Origin: an uncultured Arcobacter sp.
GTDB lineage: Bacteria > Campylobacterota > Campylobacteria > Campylobacterales > Arcobacteraceae
Assembly (NCBI GenBank): GCA_965140705.1
Contig: OZ223300.1
Location: 384,001-448,000 of the forward strand
DNA: 64,000 nucleotides
Direction: 5' to 3'
The position numbers and the translations under genes were made by a program. The notes beneath the pieces were generated by a model. That model was not told where the DNA came from. It saw only the letters and a list, made by a program, of their open reading frames with translations, and searched no databases. This document shows, piece after piece, positions 62,965-64,000 of the stretch; position 1 is the stretch's first letter, and every line of letters starts with the position of its first letter.

Positions 62965-64000
62965 ATGGATGAAAATTTACAAAAAGAGTTAGATAAATAC
63001 AAAAATAAGAAATCAAAGAAAAGAACTATTTTTATACTACTTATTTCTTTATTTATTATTGGGGGAGTTTGTTATTATTATTTTATCGCTAATAAAGATC
63101 AACAAAAAGAAGTTCATTATAATACTTCAAAAATCAAAAAGGGTGATTTAGAAGTTTTAGTTTCAGCTACAGGAAATCTAAAACCAACTAATAGTGTTGA
63201 TATAGGAATTGAAGTTTCAGGAACTATAAAAAATATATATGTAGATTTTAATGATGAAGTAAAAGTTGGGCAAGTATTGGCAAAGCTTGATACTACAAAA
63301 TTACAAGCACAAGTAGATAGTTCAAAGGCCTCATTAACCATTGCAAAAGCAAATCTAAAAGAAAATGAAGTAAATGTTAAAAGTAAAAAATTAACTTATA
63401 CAAGAACATTAAAAATGTATAAACAATCAAATGGAAAATATCCTTCAAAAAATGTGCTTGATGAAGCAAAATTTAATTATGAAAGTGCCCTTTCAGCTTA
63501 TGATTCAATGAAAGCAAGAGTAACACAAGCAGAGTTTAATCTAAAAACAGATGAACAAAATCTTGATAAAGCAGTTGTAAAATCTTCTATAAATGGAATA
63601 GTATTAAATAGAGCTGTAGAAGTAGGACAAACAGTTGCTGCCTCTATGTCAACTCCTGTATTATTTACACTTGCAAAAGATTTATCAAAAATGGATTTAG
63701 TGGTTAGTATAGATGAAGCAGATGTTGCAAATATAAAAAAGGGTTTAAAAGTAACCTTTACAGTGGATGCTTATCCTAAAGAGACATTTAAAGGTACAAT
63801 AAAACAAGTTAGATTAAATCCTATAGAAGTAAATGGAGTGGTTACTTATGAAACTGTAGTACTTGTGGACAATCAAAAATTACTTTTAAGACCAGGAATG
63901 ACAGCTAGTGCAGAAATTATTACAAAAGAATCAAAGGATAAATTACTTGTACCAAATAGTGCATTAAGATTCAAACCAATGATTATAAATAAAAATTCAA
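62965..64000 (+). CDS. Efflux periplasmic adaptor (MacA/HlyD-like), 3'-truncated by window
   Basis: ATG at 62965, TM anchor, VSATGNL..EVSGTI..VDFNDEVKVGQ, IDEADV, LRPGMTA. Confidence 0.9.
   Translation, partial: MDENLQKELDKYKNKKSKKRTIFILLISLFIIGGVCYYYFIANKDQQKEVHYNTSKIKKGDLEVLVSATGNLKPTNSVDIGIEVSGTIKNIYVDFNDEVKVGQVLAKLDTTKLQAQVDSSKASLTIAKANLKENEVNVKSKKLTYTRTLKMYKQSNGKYPSKNVLDEAKFNYESALSAYDSMKARVTQAEFNLKTDEQNLDKAVVKSSINGIVLNRAVEVGQTVAASMSTPVLFTLAKDLSKMDLVVSIDEADVANIKKGLKVTFTVDAYPKETFKGTIKQVRLNPIEVNGVVTYETVVLVDNQKLLLRPGMTASAEIITKESKDKLLVPNSALRFKPMIINKNS

Overview
AT-rich bacterial chromosome segment. The gene set (short ThrS, hybrid kinases, MCP, TTT and ProU transporters) suggests Campylobacterota, probably Arcobacteraceae; this assignment is an inference. 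1-13.6 kb is core genome (leuC, mobA, thrS-infC, rpmI-rplT, NFACT, cdsA, dxr, tsaD, nnr, cutA, thiG), followed by a tRNA operon (Pro, His, Arg, Leu). A 9.05-kb element is integrated in the 3' end of tRNA-Leu(TAG), bounded by a perfect 18-bp direct repeat (14023-14040 / 23052-23069). It carries a tyrosine integrase, an XRE repressor with two operator-like palindromes, small envelope proteins, and an HUH rolling-circle Rep / SSB-like / membrane-anchored FtsK module, with no T4SS or capsid genes. It also carries two candidate defence or addiction pairs: Panacea antitoxin plus putative toxin, and AbiTii plus a multipass membrane protein. This is the most interesting system in the window. Accessory metabolism follows: between two tRNA-fMet genes lie a ureohydrolase/ABC cassette bracketed by an 89-bp direct repeat, a 7TM-DISM two-component pair and proVWX (apparent ATT start). 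Then come an IclR-TctCBA-RraA-PLP catabolic cluster, a hybrid kinase/regulator/carbonic anhydrase/MCP unit, galU-pgi, a SauUSI-like PLD-helicase, a Fur-boxed imelysin/di-heme operon and the start of a TolC-MFP efflux operon. All family calls are by motif recognition, without database searches.
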